64,000 nt of DNA from Bacteroidota bacterium (GCA_021299855.1 JAJTEY010000003.1:759-64758), one strand, 5' to 3'; positions 38,241 through 47,329 are shown, counted from the first letter of the stretch. Notes: a model not told the origin generated them from the sequence alone. Translations and numbers: made by a program.

Positions 38241-39656
38241 ATGAGAAACTATTTCACGTCTATACTTATCATGATGTCGGCAGTTGTTTTCGGGCAAAGC
38301 ACGGCTACGTTCCGCCACATTTATGGAACAACTGCAACAGAATTTGGCTACTCCGTAAAAAGCTGTCCGGATCAAGGATATATACTCGCAGGTTCCACCA
38401 GTTCAAGTAATGTTACAGATGGTTATCTCGTGCGTGTGGATTCGCTTGGTCTTGTGATGTGGAGCAAAACATATGGTTGGGACAATATCGATATTATCAG
38501 AAGTCTGAGAATCTTGCCGGATTCAGGATATATTACAGCCGGTTTTACTAACAGCAAAGGAAATGGAGCTTATGATGGTTGGTTGATGCGCACCGACAAG
38601 CACGGAGACACCTTGTGGAATGCGTACTTCGGAGGTACGGACTGGGATTTGTTTTACGATGTATATCCAACTTCCGATAGCGGTTTTGTAATGACAGGAG
38701 GAACCTGGAGTGCGGGAAATGGTGCAGAAGATTTATGGGTTGTAAAGACTGATAAAAACGGTCAATTAGTGTGGTCAAAAACCTATGGGGGTGCAAAGCA
38801 AGACCAAGGACGTGGAGTTGTTGAAACGAGCGATTCATTGCTTGCTATTGCAGGATTCAGCTACAGCCAATCCGACACTTTGGGAAATTCGTGGATGTTA
38901 CGATTGGATCAAAACGGTGACACGCTCTGGACTAGAACAATCCCTACGTTCAACAACACTTATGATGAAGCAAGGAGTATTTGTCAAGTATATCTGGATA
39001 TCGTCATGTGCGGTGTAAATACAACTACTGCAGGCGATAAAGATGGTTTTATTTACGCTTCTGACGTAAACGGTAACATGATATATAATTTCCCGTATGG
39101 TAATGCTAACAGCCATGACGAGCTAAATTGTGTGATTCCTGCCAAACAAGGAGGTATGGCTACCACAGGGCGAGGAAGCTTTATCGACCCGGCCGGTGAT
39201 TTTTACTTCTTTCATTCCGGACCATGGTTTGCAACAACTTATGGCACATTGGAACCTGATGAGGCATTCAGTATTGACAATACACGTGATAGCGGATATG
39301 TAATGCTAGGTTATACAGAAGGTCACAACAGTTTTCTGCCAAACATGTACCTCATCAAGGTTGATAAAAATGGAGGAGCGTCAAACGTTTTGGATATACG
39401 TGAACCGGAAATAACAGGAAGTATGAGTATTTTTCCGAATCCTGCCCATGATGTTTTGATGGTACGATTTGAAAGCGAATCCCAATTCTCCGCTGTACTC
39501 ATTGACATGAACGGAAAACAAATTCAACGTGCAAACACAAACTCTTCAGCCCTATCAATGGAAGTTGTAACGCTTACAAACGGACTTTATTTATTGCAAC
39601 TGATTAATGAAGATGGTGTACTGATCGGAACTAAAAAAGTCCTTATTCAGCACTAG
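38241..39656 (+). CDS. T9SS-secreted protein: roughly 7-bladed beta-propeller-like repeat domain plus a T9SS C-terminal sorting domain
   Basis: Signal peptide. About seven ~48-aa repeats of the form D.GY...G.T.S.G.G..D.WL.K.D..G...W.KTYGG. C-terminal FPNPAHDVLMVRF...GLYLLQLINEDGVLIGTKKVLIQ. Confidence 0.75.
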   Translation: MRNYFTSILIMMSAVVFGQSTATFRHIYGTTATEFGYSVKSCPDQGYILAGSTSSSNVTDGYLVRVDSLGLVMWSKTYGWDNIDIIRSLRILPDSGYITAGFTNSKGNGAYDGWLMRTDKHGDTLWNAYFGGTDWDLFYDVYPTSDSGFVMTGGTWSAGNGAEDLWVVKTDKNGQLVWSKTYGGAKQDQGRGVVETSDSLLAIAGFSYSQSDTLGNSWMLRLDQNGDTLWTRTIPTFNNTYDEARSICQVYLDIVMCGVNTTTAGDKDGFIYASDVNGNMIYNFPYGNANSHDELNCVIPAKQGGMATTGRGSFIDPAGDFYFFHSGPWFATTYGTLEPDEAFSIDNTRDSGYVMLGYTEGHNSFLPNMYLIKVDKNGGASNVLDIREPEITGSMSIFPNPAHDVLMVRFESESQFSAVLIDMNGKQIQRANTNSSALSMEVVTLTNGLYLLQLINEDGVLIGTKKVLIQH

Positions 39657-40500
39657 CGCACATTTGGGCAACCAAACCTTCTACCGGTGATTGATAAAAC
39701 TTAGAAGTTGTAATACCATGCTCAGCAAGTATTTCGGAAATAATCGTCCTGAAGTGAAACCCGATTGAGCCTGAAATTGCAATAGGAAGTTCAGTGATGT
39801 TTGGATATTTCAGTAACTGATTTTGACAAAACTGCTCAAACTGTATCCGCGCAAGGTGATGTATTTCGGCAACGTGTAAATGTTGATGAAGAAAAGTCGC
39901 GAACGAAGCCAGGTATCGATTCGGGAAAGGTTGACGATACACGTTCTCCAAAATACTTTCGCGTTTCATATCAAACGTCTCATGCATTGCATCCATAACT
40001 TCTTGAGGAAGCAATCCGTTGTAATAAGCATGTAATAAAGCTTTTCCTAATGAAGCTCCGCTACCTTCATCGCCCAGTATGTATCCCAGTGATGGAACTT
40101 TATCAATCAGTTTTCCGTTTTCAAAATAACCGGAATTGGCTCCTGTTCCCAGTATTGCTGCTACTCCGATTCGCTGCATCAAACAACCGTCTGCAACCGC
40201 CTGCAAGTCGTCAAATACACGAACATCCGGAATTCCCGTGTGCTGCAACAGATTTTGAATATGTGGAATTTTATGCGGTGTGCAACCTGCTCCATAAAAC
40301 ACCAACGACCTGATTTCGCCGTATTGCGTCGACTCAGCAAACACAGTGCGGACAATTTCAACAAACTCTTTATCGCTTATTTGAAAAGGATTTAATCCGG
40401 GAGTATGTGTTTTAAAAACCACATCATTTCCCAAAATGCCCACCCATTCTGTTTTGGTTGAACCACTATCTGCGACTAAACGAATCATGTATTCAAACAT
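39643..40500 (-). CDS. BadF/BadG/BcrA/BcrD-type ATPase (N-acetylglucosamine kinase-like)
   Basis: The N-terminal ASKHA phosphate-1 motif LVADSGSTKTEW, and later GTGANS and LGDEGSG. Confidence 0.8.
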   Translation of the reverse strand: MFEYMIRLVADSGSTKTEWVGILGNDVVFKTHTPGLNPFQISDKEFVEIVRTVFAESTQYGEIRSLVFYGAGCTPHKIPHIQNLLQHTGIPDVRVFDDLQAVADGCLMQRIGVAAILGTGANSGYFENGKLIDKVPSLGYILGDEGSGASLGKALLHAYYNGLLPQEVMDAMHETFDMKRESILENVYRQPFPNRYLASFATFLHQHLHVAEIHHLARIQFEQFCQNQLLKYPNITELPIAISGSIGFHFRTIISEILAEHGITTSKFYQSPVEGLVAQMCASAE

Positions 40501-40521
40501 ACGCGAAGTATAATTGAGGAC

Positions 40522-40551
40522 AAAGAAAAAGCGAAGCGGGTGAGCTTCGCT
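40522..40551 (-). terminator. rho-independent terminator after the response regulator gene
   Basis: Minus strand reads AGCGAAGC-TCACCC-GCTTCGCT followed by TTTTTCTTT. Confidence 0.7.
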
Positions 40552-40577
40552 GATTCCAAACCATGAACTAAACCAAA

Positions 40578-41249
40578 TTAGTTGGTGCTAAACAGGAAGT
40601 GATTGGGTGAAACTATTCCGTTTTTAATGGCAAACATCACCAATCCCGCAGTGTTGTTTACTCCCAGCTTAGCCATAATATTTTTACGGTGTGTAGTAAC
40701 CGTATGAGAACTCAAAAAGAGTAAATCAGCAATTTCTTTGTTTGTCAATCCTTCTGCGACATAACGAATGATTTCGGCTTCACGCGCAGAAAGCTTGATG
40801 CCGTCGCAGGAAATTTCGGCTCCAATCTGAATTTCATCAACGCTTTGCATCACTTCATTCACAATTTTACCGCAGTAAAACTTTTCTCCTTTATGTGCCG
40901 CCTGAATAGCATCCACAATTTCTTCCCGCTCACACTCACGCAAAACGTAAGAGTTTACGCCGGCTTCAACAGCTTCACTGAACGAACGTTTTCTCGGCAT
41001 ATCAGTAATAGCTAAAATTCCGCATTTCGGCTTTTCCTGACGAACCATACGAACCGCATCCATTCCGAAGTCCGCACTTAGATGATCCATTACCACCACA
41101 TCAAATTCATGATTGATAACCGCTAATTCCAGCTCCGCGTAATTTTTACAAATTCCGGCAAAAGCAAGCCCGGGAATCTCCGCAATCATGCATTGTAATC
41201 CTTTTCCGGATAAATAATTGGGGTCGGCAATAAGAACTTTTAAGGCCAT
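40578..41249 (-). CDS. LuxR/NarL-family response regulator (REC + HTH) with atypical receiver residues
   Basis: C-terminal LuxR HTH (LSAREAEIIRYVAEGLTNKEIADLLFLSSHTVTTHRKNIMAKLG). The receiver has D in VVVMDH, but ADP replaces the usual acidic pair and YVLR replaces the conserved Lys. Confidence 0.85.
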   Translation of the reverse strand: MALKVLIADPNYLSGKGLQCMIAEIPGLAFAGICKNYAELELAVINHEFDVVVMDHLSADFGMDAVRMVRQEKPKCGILAITDMPRKRSFSEAVEAGVNSYVLRECEREEIVDAIQAAHKGEKFYCGKIVNEVMQSVDEIQIGAEISCDGIKLSAREAEIIRYVAEGLTNKEIADLLFLSSHTVTTHRKNIMAKLGVNNTAGLVMFAIKNGIVSPNHFLFSTN

Positions 41250-41262
41250 AATTTTATTTAGA

Positions 41263-41277
41263 CTTATTTCAAATAAG
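41263..41277. promoter_or_regulatory. 7-1-7 inverted repeat CTTATTTcAAATAAG between the -7 box and the ATG of the response regulator
   Basis: Perfect palindrome read directly from the sequence. It lies in the predicted 5' leader/operator position. Confidence 0.5.
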
Positions 41278-41283
41278 ATAGTT

Positions 41284-41291
41284 CAAAGGTA
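41284..41291 (-). promoter_or_regulatory. putative -7 promoter box (TACCTTTG on the minus strand) for the response regulator
   Basis: The reverse complement of CAAAGGTA. It lies 34 nt upstream of the ATG at 41249. Confidence 0.4.
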
Positions 41292-41332
41292 ATATCCGAA
41301 CTGAAAAATGCAAGAAAAAATTGTGGAATGTT

Positions 41333-42268
41333 TTACACTTCCTTACGTTGAGGAATTGAAACAATGGTTCCTTCCTCAGCACATAAAGTATTGCTAAAGA
41401 ATTGTTTACACTCCTCTAATAAAACATTTACATCAGTATACCGCACGGAAAAATGACCGATCAATAACTGACGAACATCAGCTTTTGCAGCCACCTCGCC
41501 GGCTTCACGGGCCGTTGTATGAAACGTCTGTTTTGCACGTTGAAGCAGCTCATGCAAAAAGGTTGCCTCGTGGTACAACAGATCCACGGCCCTCACCGCC
41601 TCTATCACCGATTCGCTATATCGTGTATCGGAACAAAACGCGTACTGCCTTGCAATAGGTCGGCCACTTGTTAATCGACTCGCGGGAATGATGGTTCCAT
41701 CCTCCAGAACAGCATCATTCCCTTTTCGAATTTCCTGGAACTGTGCTACGGGAATCTTATAATAAGTTAGTTGCGTTTTATTCAAACTATACATTTTGTC
41801 TTTTTCTCTGAACAAAAATCCGCAACAATGGATGCGATGATTTAATGGAATGGTAGTTACCGTTACATTACCGTCATCTAACAACACTTCGGAAACGTCG
41901 CTGCGATGAGCTGTCCAGATGATGGGATAATTTAAAACCGTTCCTGAAAGCTGCAATTGCAATTCAATAATCTCCTTCAATCCGGGCGGATGATAGATGT
42001 GCAACTCATTTTTTCTTCCCAGCAAATGCAACGATGAAATCAATCCCATTAAACCCAGATAATGATCTCCGTGTAAATGGCTGATGAAAATATGATTGAT
42101 CCGCTGAAACTTTAAACGGTAACGGCGCAACTGTATCTGTGTGCCTTCTCCGCAATCGATTAAATAAAACCGCTCAGCCACGTTAAGTAACTGAGCGGTA
42201 GGATATCTTTTTGAAGTTGGCGTAGCGGAACTGCTACCTAATACATGTACGTCAAACTTACTACCCAT
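41333..42268 (-). CDS. rnz: ribonuclease Z (tRNA 3' endonuclease)
   Basis: Metallo-beta-lactamase motif SHLHGDH. 311 aa with the typical RNase Z N-terminus (LGSSSATPT..R). Confidence 0.92.
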   Translation of the reverse strand: MGSKFDVHVLGSSSATPTSKRYPTAQLLNVAERFYLIDCGEGTQIQLRRYRLKFQRINHIFISHLHGDHYLGLMGLISSLHLLGRKNELHIYHPPGLKEIIELQLQLSGTVLNYPIIWTAHRSDVSEVLLDDGNVTVTTIPLNHRIHCCGFLFREKDKMYSLNKTQLTYYKIPVAQFQEIRKGNDAVLEDGTIIPASRLTSGRPIARQYAFCSDTRYSESVIEAVRAVDLLYHEATFLHELLQRAKQTFHTTAREAGEVAAKADVRQLLIGHFSVRYTDVNVLLEECKQFFSNTLCAEEGTIVSIPQRKEV

Positions 42269-42270
42269 TA

Positions 42271-43044
42271 TTAGTGAGTAACGGTCATACGACGGGTGAC
42301 AATTTGATCACCCATTTTAAATGAATACATGTAAACACCGGCAGGCAATACTGAAGTGTCCATTGTGAATTTATTCAATCCACGGTCTGCAGTTAACTTA
42401 GATTTCTTTACAACTGCACCGACCATATTGTACATTGTAAATTCTACTTCGCCACCGTTTGGAGTAGTGTATCGAAACTCGGTACGGAAGTCGGCAGGAT
42501 TAGGAGCATTCTGTGCAGAACCGAATGTTAAATTCTGAACCACCGGGCCTGTTGAGGTATTATTCTGAATCTGTACCTTATAACCTGTCCATGTTGCAGG
42601 GAAATCAGTAGGAACATTAAAGACCAGAACAACAGCTGTAAAATATACTGTGATCGGATAAATGCCGTCATTATTCGGACCACCAACTTCTTGTCCTGAA
42701 GTTGGATTTCCTGTTAATCCAACACAACCATAGCCACCACCGGGAATTACACCATTACTTGGATTAGGCAAATACGTAAATCCTGCCGGTAAACCGACAA
42801 CGCTGTCAATCGTAAAATCCTGGAAAGGAAACGTTCCCAAATTTGTTGCCGTATCTTGCAATACATGCATTTGCATATCTGTAACGTATGGAGTTCCAAC
42901 GTATGCAATAGGCAAGTTCTGAATGGTATCGGGAACTAAGCCATAATCGGTTGGACCTGCGAAAACACTTTGATTAATTACACATTGTGAACTAGCGCCT
43001 AATGCAAGTAATAAGCCGCTGACGATAAGGTAAATTTTCTTCAT
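42271..43044 (-). CDS. T9SS C-terminal-sorting-domain secreted protein (unknown function)
   Basis: Signal peptide ...LALGASSQ. C-terminal ~80 aa NPADFRTEFRY...GVYMYSFKMGDQIVTRRMTV, typical of the type A T9SS CTD. Confidence 0.75.
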   Translation of the reverse strand: MKKIYLIVSGLLLALGASSQCVINQSVFAGPTDYGLVPDTIQNLPIAYVGTPYVTDMQMHVLQDTATNLGTFPFQDFTIDSVVGLPAGFTYLPNPSNGVIPGGGYGCVGLTGNPTSGQEVGGPNNDGIYPITVYFTAVVLVFNVPTDFPATWTGYKVQIQNNTSTGPVVQNLTFGSAQNAPNPADFRTEFRYTTPNGGEVEFTMYNMVGAVVKKSKLTADRGLNKFTMDTSVLPAGVYMYSFKMGDQIVTRRMTVTH

Positions 43045-43060
43045 GGTGGTTGGTTTTAAA

Positions 43061-43435
43061 TTAATCAGTATTTCCGGATTCTATATCCTCTGCTACAACA
43101 CGATCTATGGCGTGCGAGAGCGATTCGGTAATGATAAGAATACTGTCGAGTTGAGAAATTGAAATCAGTTTTTTTACTGTTTCCTTTAAACCGGTTAATA
43201 CAAGCACGCCGTTAGCATTCTTACACAATCTGTTGGCTACAAGTATCGCAGATAGCCCGGAAGAATCGCAGTAACGCGTTTCAGATAAATCGATAATTAA
43301 ATTACGCGTTCCATCTGAATTCAACATTACCAATTCCGATTTCAAAGTCGGAGCCACCAAAGTGTCCAACTTATCCGCATGAATTCGGATTAGGGAATAA
43401 CGATCGCTTTTTTCAACATTAAACGGCATACTCAT
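43061..43435 (-). CDS. STAS-domain protein (anti-sigma-factor antagonist-like)
   Basis: 124 aa. LDLSETRYCDSSGLSAILVANR, the SpoIIAA-like fold signature. Confidence 0.8.
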   Translation of the reverse strand: MSMPFNVEKSDRYSLIRIHADKLDTLVAPTLKSELVMLNSDGTRNLIIDLSETRYCDSSGLSAILVANRLCKNANGVLVLTGLKETVKKLISISQLDSILIITESLSHAIDRVVAEDIESGNTD

Positions 43436-43474
43436 AGTTACAAAGTTAAAAGAAGAATCGAATCCTGAAAGGTT

Positions 43475-44407
43475 TTAGTTGTCGGTTCTGCCTGCCAATA
43501 AATATAACACGGCCATACGCACCGCAACTCCATTTTCTACCTGATCCAGAATAATACTCTGAGTTGAATCCGCTACTTCGGAAGTAATTTCAACTCCGCG
43601 ATTAATCGGCCCCGGGTGCATGATCACAATTTCTTTCCCGATCGATTTCAGCAATGGCATGTCAAGCCCGTATTGCATGGTATATTCCCGAAGTGACGGG
43701 AAGTACTTGATATCCTGACGCTCCAGTTGAATCCGCAGCATATTGGCTACATCACACCATTCGAGTGCTTTGCGCAAATCGAACTCCACCTTTACCCCCA
43801 AATCTCCGATATAACGCGGCATCAGAGTTCTCGGACCACATACCATCACCTCAGCACCTAATTTTTGAAGACAAAAAATATTACTCAGCGCAACTCGCGA
43901 ATGCAAAATATCACCCACAATCAACACCTTTTTCCCACGAACACTTCCCAAACGGGATTGTATAGAAAACGCATCCAACAAGGCTTGTGTAGGATGTTCG
44001 TGCGCACCGTCCCCCGCATTTACAATTTTCGCATCAATGTGATTCGCAAGAAATACACACGCTCCCGGATTAGGATGACGCATCACCACCATATCCACTT
44101 TCATGGCTAAGATGTTGTTTACCGTATCTATAAGCGTTTCACCTTTCTTCACGGACGACTGTGCCGCAGAAAAATTAATCGTATCCGCAGAAAGTCGTTT
44201 TTCGGCTAGTTCAAATGAAATCCGCGTGCGAGTGGAGTTTTCGAAGAACAGATTGGCAATCGTGATATCGCGCAGTGAGGGAACTTTCTTAATGGGACGG
44301 TTAATGACGTCTCTGAATTGCTCTGCGGTAGATAAAATAAGCTCGATGTCTTCGGTAGTTAATGATTTGATACCGAGTAAATGTTTGACACTGAGCTTCT
44401 TTTTCAT
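43475..44407 (-). CDS. pyrB: aspartate carbamoyltransferase catalytic subunit
   Basis: Motifs STRTR, HPTQALLD and HPGP. Confidence 0.95.
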   Translation of the reverse strand: MKKKLSVKHLLGIKSLTTEDIELILSTAEQFRDVINRPIKKVPSLRDITIANLFFENSTRTRISFELAEKRLSADTINFSAAQSSVKKGETLIDTVNNILAMKVDMVVMRHPNPGACVFLANHIDAKIVNAGDGAHEHPTQALLDAFSIQSRLGSVRGKKVLIVGDILHSRVALSNIFCLQKLGAEVMVCGPRTLMPRYIGDLGVKVEFDLRKALEWCDVANMLRIQLERQDIKYFPSLREYTMQYGLDMPLLKSIGKEIVIMHPGPINRGVEITSEVADSTQSIILDQVENGVAVRMAVLYLLAGRTDN

Positions 44408-44411
44408 AGTA

Positions 44412-44945
44412 CTATTGCGTTAATAACCAAACCTTGTCTTCACCTTCAGTTTCTTTCCAGTTCACGATAACGCGCTCGCTGGCAACAGTATCCACACGCT
44501 TCCCAACGTATTTTGCTTGTATTGGAACGTGGCGACTGAATCGACGATCAATCAAAACCAGCAATTCCACGTCTGTTGGACGACCAAAAGCCAACATGGC
44601 ATCTAATCCCGCACGAATTGTTCGACCTGTGAAAAGTACATCGTCAATGAGGACAACGTTTTTATCTTCAATAATAAAATCAATGCTGGTGGTATTGGGT
44701 ACTAAATCTTTCTTCCGAAAGTCATCACGATAAAAAGTGACATCGAGTTCCCCCAAGCTAATATCAGCCACACCAATAATTTGTTGTAACTCTTTATGAA
44801 TGCGGCGCGCCATATAAATTCCACGAGGTTGTAAACCCAGAATTACAGTGTCTCTGAAAGTATCATGAACTTCAATTAACTCGTGGCAAAGACGCTTAAT
44901 GGTAATGTCGAGTTGTTGAGGATTCAGAATCAGCCTTGGCGTCAT
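44412..44945 (-). CDS. pyrR: bifunctional pyr operon regulator / uracil phosphoribosyltransferase
   Basis: The PRPP-binding motif VVLIDDVLFTGRT. 177 aa, immediately upstream of pyrB. Confidence 0.92.
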   Translation of the reverse strand: MTPRLILNPQQLDITIKRLCHELIEVHDTFRDTVILGLQPRGIYMARRIHKELQQIIGVADISLGELDVTFYRDDFRKKDLVPNTTSIDFIIEDKNVVLIDDVLFTGRTIRAGLDAMLAFGRPTDVELLVLIDRRFSRHVPIQAKYVGKRVDTVASERVIVNWKETEGEDKVWLLTQ

Positions 44946-44955
44946 ATCTGAGCGT

Positions 44956-44963
44956 CAAAGTTA
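44956..44963 (-). promoter_or_regulatory. putative -7 promoter box (TAACTTTG on the minus strand) for pyrR-pyrB
   Basis: The reverse complement of CAAAGTTA. It lies 10 nt upstream of the ATG at 44945. Confidence 0.35.
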
Positions 44964-45024
44964 AACAAATCCGCTTCAGGTGAAAGTAGAAGTTCATTTA
45001 GTTATTGACAAGAAATCCTACGGA

Positions 45025-45723
45025 TTATCTCAAACGTTCGCCGGTAAAGCGATCCAGCTTAATTGTATCTCTAAGTTCTTTGCGTCCGCGAATGGGCAAA
45101 TCCACAAAATGAACTTCCTTTTCATACACCAACGGTACGTCGAACTTGTGAAAGCGCTTTTTTATGGGCTCATATAAACTGTCTGCCTTCCACACGTATG
45201 TTCCTTCCAGCATATTCATTTTACCAACCAATCCAAGCGCAGTAACATATGCATATACGGAATCCACCACAGGAGGTCCGGGATTTGGACCGTGATATTT
45301 TATTCTCCATTCAGGTTGCGTAGATCCGTTATTATACAAGGCAAAATAGGTATTCACGCCCAAATGATCTGTTTCCTGCCAAACCACGTAATGTTGATGA
45401 TTCAAAGGGTAAATAAACAACCGATCCACCATGAATTCAGCACGAATATCAAGTATCGGAATTAAGGATTTTGTTGCACTATCATTACGAACAATTTTGC
45501 CTTTATAAGACGCCACGTATTGATTGCCATTGATGACGACATATCCATCTTCATAAGGTGTTGTGGCTTTTCGACTGAACTCGTACATCTTCGCTAAATT
45601 CAGCGGCTTGGGAAGTTCTTTCTTTACAGGTGCGCTCACCTTAACCGGCTGTGGTTGATCTCCACAACTGCTAATCATGATGATTAAAACTATCAATACC
45701 GCGCAAAACCGAATCATAAACAC
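45025..45723 (-). CDS. hypothetical lipoprotein
   Basis: Lipobox IMISSC. 232 aa, and I recognise no family. Confidence 0.5.
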   Translation of the reverse strand: MFMIRFCAVLIVLIIMISSCGDQPQPVKVSAPVKKELPKPLNLAKMYEFSRKATTPYEDGYVVINGNQYVASYKGKIVRNDSATKSLIPILDIRAEFMVDRLFIYPLNHQHYVVWQETDHLGVNTYFALYNNGSTQPEWRIKYHGPNPGPPVVDSVYAYVTALGLVGKMNMLEGTYVWKADSLYEPIKKRFHKFDVPLVYEKEVHFVDLPIRGRKELRDTIKLDRFTGERLR

Positions 45724-45741
45724 AAAAATACGTCAATTGTC

Positions 45742-46482
45742 TTAACGCTGATTATCGCGATGAATTTGAGTGGCACCACGATATTGCAGAAAGCGACCTT
45801 TGATGTATACCGCCAACTGATAATCCGTGTAGGTTTTCAGCATTCCATCCGGAATATTCAGATACGTAATGAACTGTTCAAATTCTTCTTGTTTTAAATC
45901 TATAAGTCCAACCATAACATACAAATGCAGTAATCCGGTAAGCACTTCCCGCTTCTTGTCCTCATGTTCCAAACGTGCTACCAATGCCCGCGATTTCCCT
46001 TCACGGCTGAAACGTTCGTACAAATAAGTGATCGGACTATTCACCGCATCGGCCATTCCGTAGGTTGTTGTAGTTCGCTGAACACCTAAAGCTTCGCGGG
46101 ATTTACGCAACTGTTCCAAATCGGGTGGTGAATAAACTGTAACGGGAGCTAATGCGTTTACCTTCATTTTCAAATAAACTTTCTTGGTATACGTGGTGAT
46201 GGCTGTTGATGAATCTTTGAAGCAAAACTTCGTCATTTCGTATCCGCCCGATGTTACAAGAAACGTATCCGTGCGTGCGCCCAAAACGGCAAATTGTGCA
46301 CCCGGTAAATACGTGTGCCCCATTCCGGTGCGCTTGTTCACCACAATAGCAGTAAGGCTTGTAGCAGAATCGTTGCGATCGTAAACATATCCGGTAAACG
46401 TAATGACTGTCGAAGTTTGGCTAAATACAAAACCCGACACCATCAAGAGAACGCCAATGAGTATTACCGTTTTTTTAACCAT
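45742..46482 (-). CDS. hypothetical secreted protein with an N-terminal CarboxypepD_reg-like beta-sandwich
   Basis: Signal peptide ...GFVFSQ, then ITFTGYVYDRNDSATSLTAIVVNKRTG, resembling carboxypeptidase-regulatory-like domains. Confidence 0.5.
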   Translation of the reverse strand: MVKKTVILIGVLLMVSGFVFSQTSTVITFTGYVYDRNDSATSLTAIVVNKRTGMGHTYLPGAQFAVLGARTDTFLVTSGGYEMTKFCFKDSSTAITTYTKKVYLKMKVNALAPVTVYSPPDLEQLRKSREALGVQRTTTTYGMADAVNSPITYLYERFSREGKSRALVARLEHEDKKREVLTGLLHLYVMVGLIDLKQEEFEQFITYLNIPDGMLKTYTDYQLAVYIKGRFLQYRGATQIHRDNQR

Positions 46483-47171
46483 TTGTATGTCCTTCCCGGC
46501 ATTCCCGAATTGGTCTTGCGCTTTGCGCGTGCTTTTTGCTTTTCCTCTGAAACGAAAGAAGACAACTTATATTGTAAACCGAGCTGAAAACTGGTATCCG
46601 AAATACTCAGCAAATCGCCGTTTTCGGAAGTAAAACGCAATTTGAAATCGCCGTAAACAACAAACGGACCTTTTAGTGCTTGTGTAAAACCGCATCCGAT
46701 ATTAGCTGCAATCCACTGCTGACGTAACACCATGCCGAAGTAATATTTGCTGTTATCATTCAAATTCGGTCCCACGTATGTTCCTCTCCAATTCAAATAA
46801 CTGGCACCGAAAATCGCGCGGAAATACGTATTACTTTCACCGGCACGCATCACCAGATTGGTATTCAAGTCAATGTTGTAAGCATGTACGTCATCCAATG
46901 CGTAATTGCCGCTGTGAGGAAAGTGATAGATAAAATCTCCTGTAACACGAACCCACGGACTTGCGTAATACGCTATACCGCCTACTAATCCCGGACGATA
47001 ATCCGCACGAATGAGTTTACGGTTATTAATTACGGCATGCGAATAACCTGCTGTGGCGTACCAGCCGGGTTTAAATACCGCAAGGTTGTTCGGATTTATT
47101 CCAACTACTACATCCTGAGCAACACCGGTTCTCAGAATCAACGTCAACAGCGTAAGGGCCAAAAATCGCAT
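46464..47171 (-). CDS. hypothetical outer-membrane beta-barrel protein
   Basis: Signal peptide MRFLALTLLTLILRTGVAQ, followed by alternating aromatic/Gly strands. The ORF is open up to 47207. Confidence 0.5.
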   Translation of the reverse strand: MRFLALTLLTLILRTGVAQDVVVGINPNNLAVFKPGWYATAGYSHAVINNRKLIRADYRPGLVGGIAYYASPWVRVTGDFIYHFPHSGNYALDDVHAYNIDLNTNLVMRAGESNTYFRAIFGASYLNWRGTYVGPNLNDNSKYYFGMVLRQQWIAANIGCGFTQALKGPFVVYGDFKLRFTSENGDLLSISDTSFQLGLQYKLSSFVSEEKQKARAKRKTNSGMPGRTYKWLKKR

Positions 47172-47321
47172 AGGTAAAGTTACGTTTCTTGCTTCCATGT
47201 GCAACAATTAACTGTTAAGCGGGTGTATTGATTTGATAAGTGTTAACATTTCGAACAATCTCACCGAAATTCGGATTCAAGTCGAAATGCACAGAAATTC
47301 CTGTGAATTCATAAAAAAAAC

Positions 47322-47329
47322 TATTTTTG
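47322..47329 (+). promoter_or_regulatory. putative -7 promoter box (TATTTTTG)
   Basis: Exact TAnnTTTG match 34 nt upstream of the TTG start at 47364. Confidence 0.4.

Noticed and set aside
44946-45024. PyrR-binding attenuator or anti-terminator RNA upstream of pyrR-pyrB.
   Set aside because: No sequence resembles the PyrR binding loop (purine-rich ...UCCAGAGAGG... motif). The only hairpin (AATCC-GTA-GGATT, around 45012-45024) abuts the upstream gene's stop codon and is more likely its terminator.
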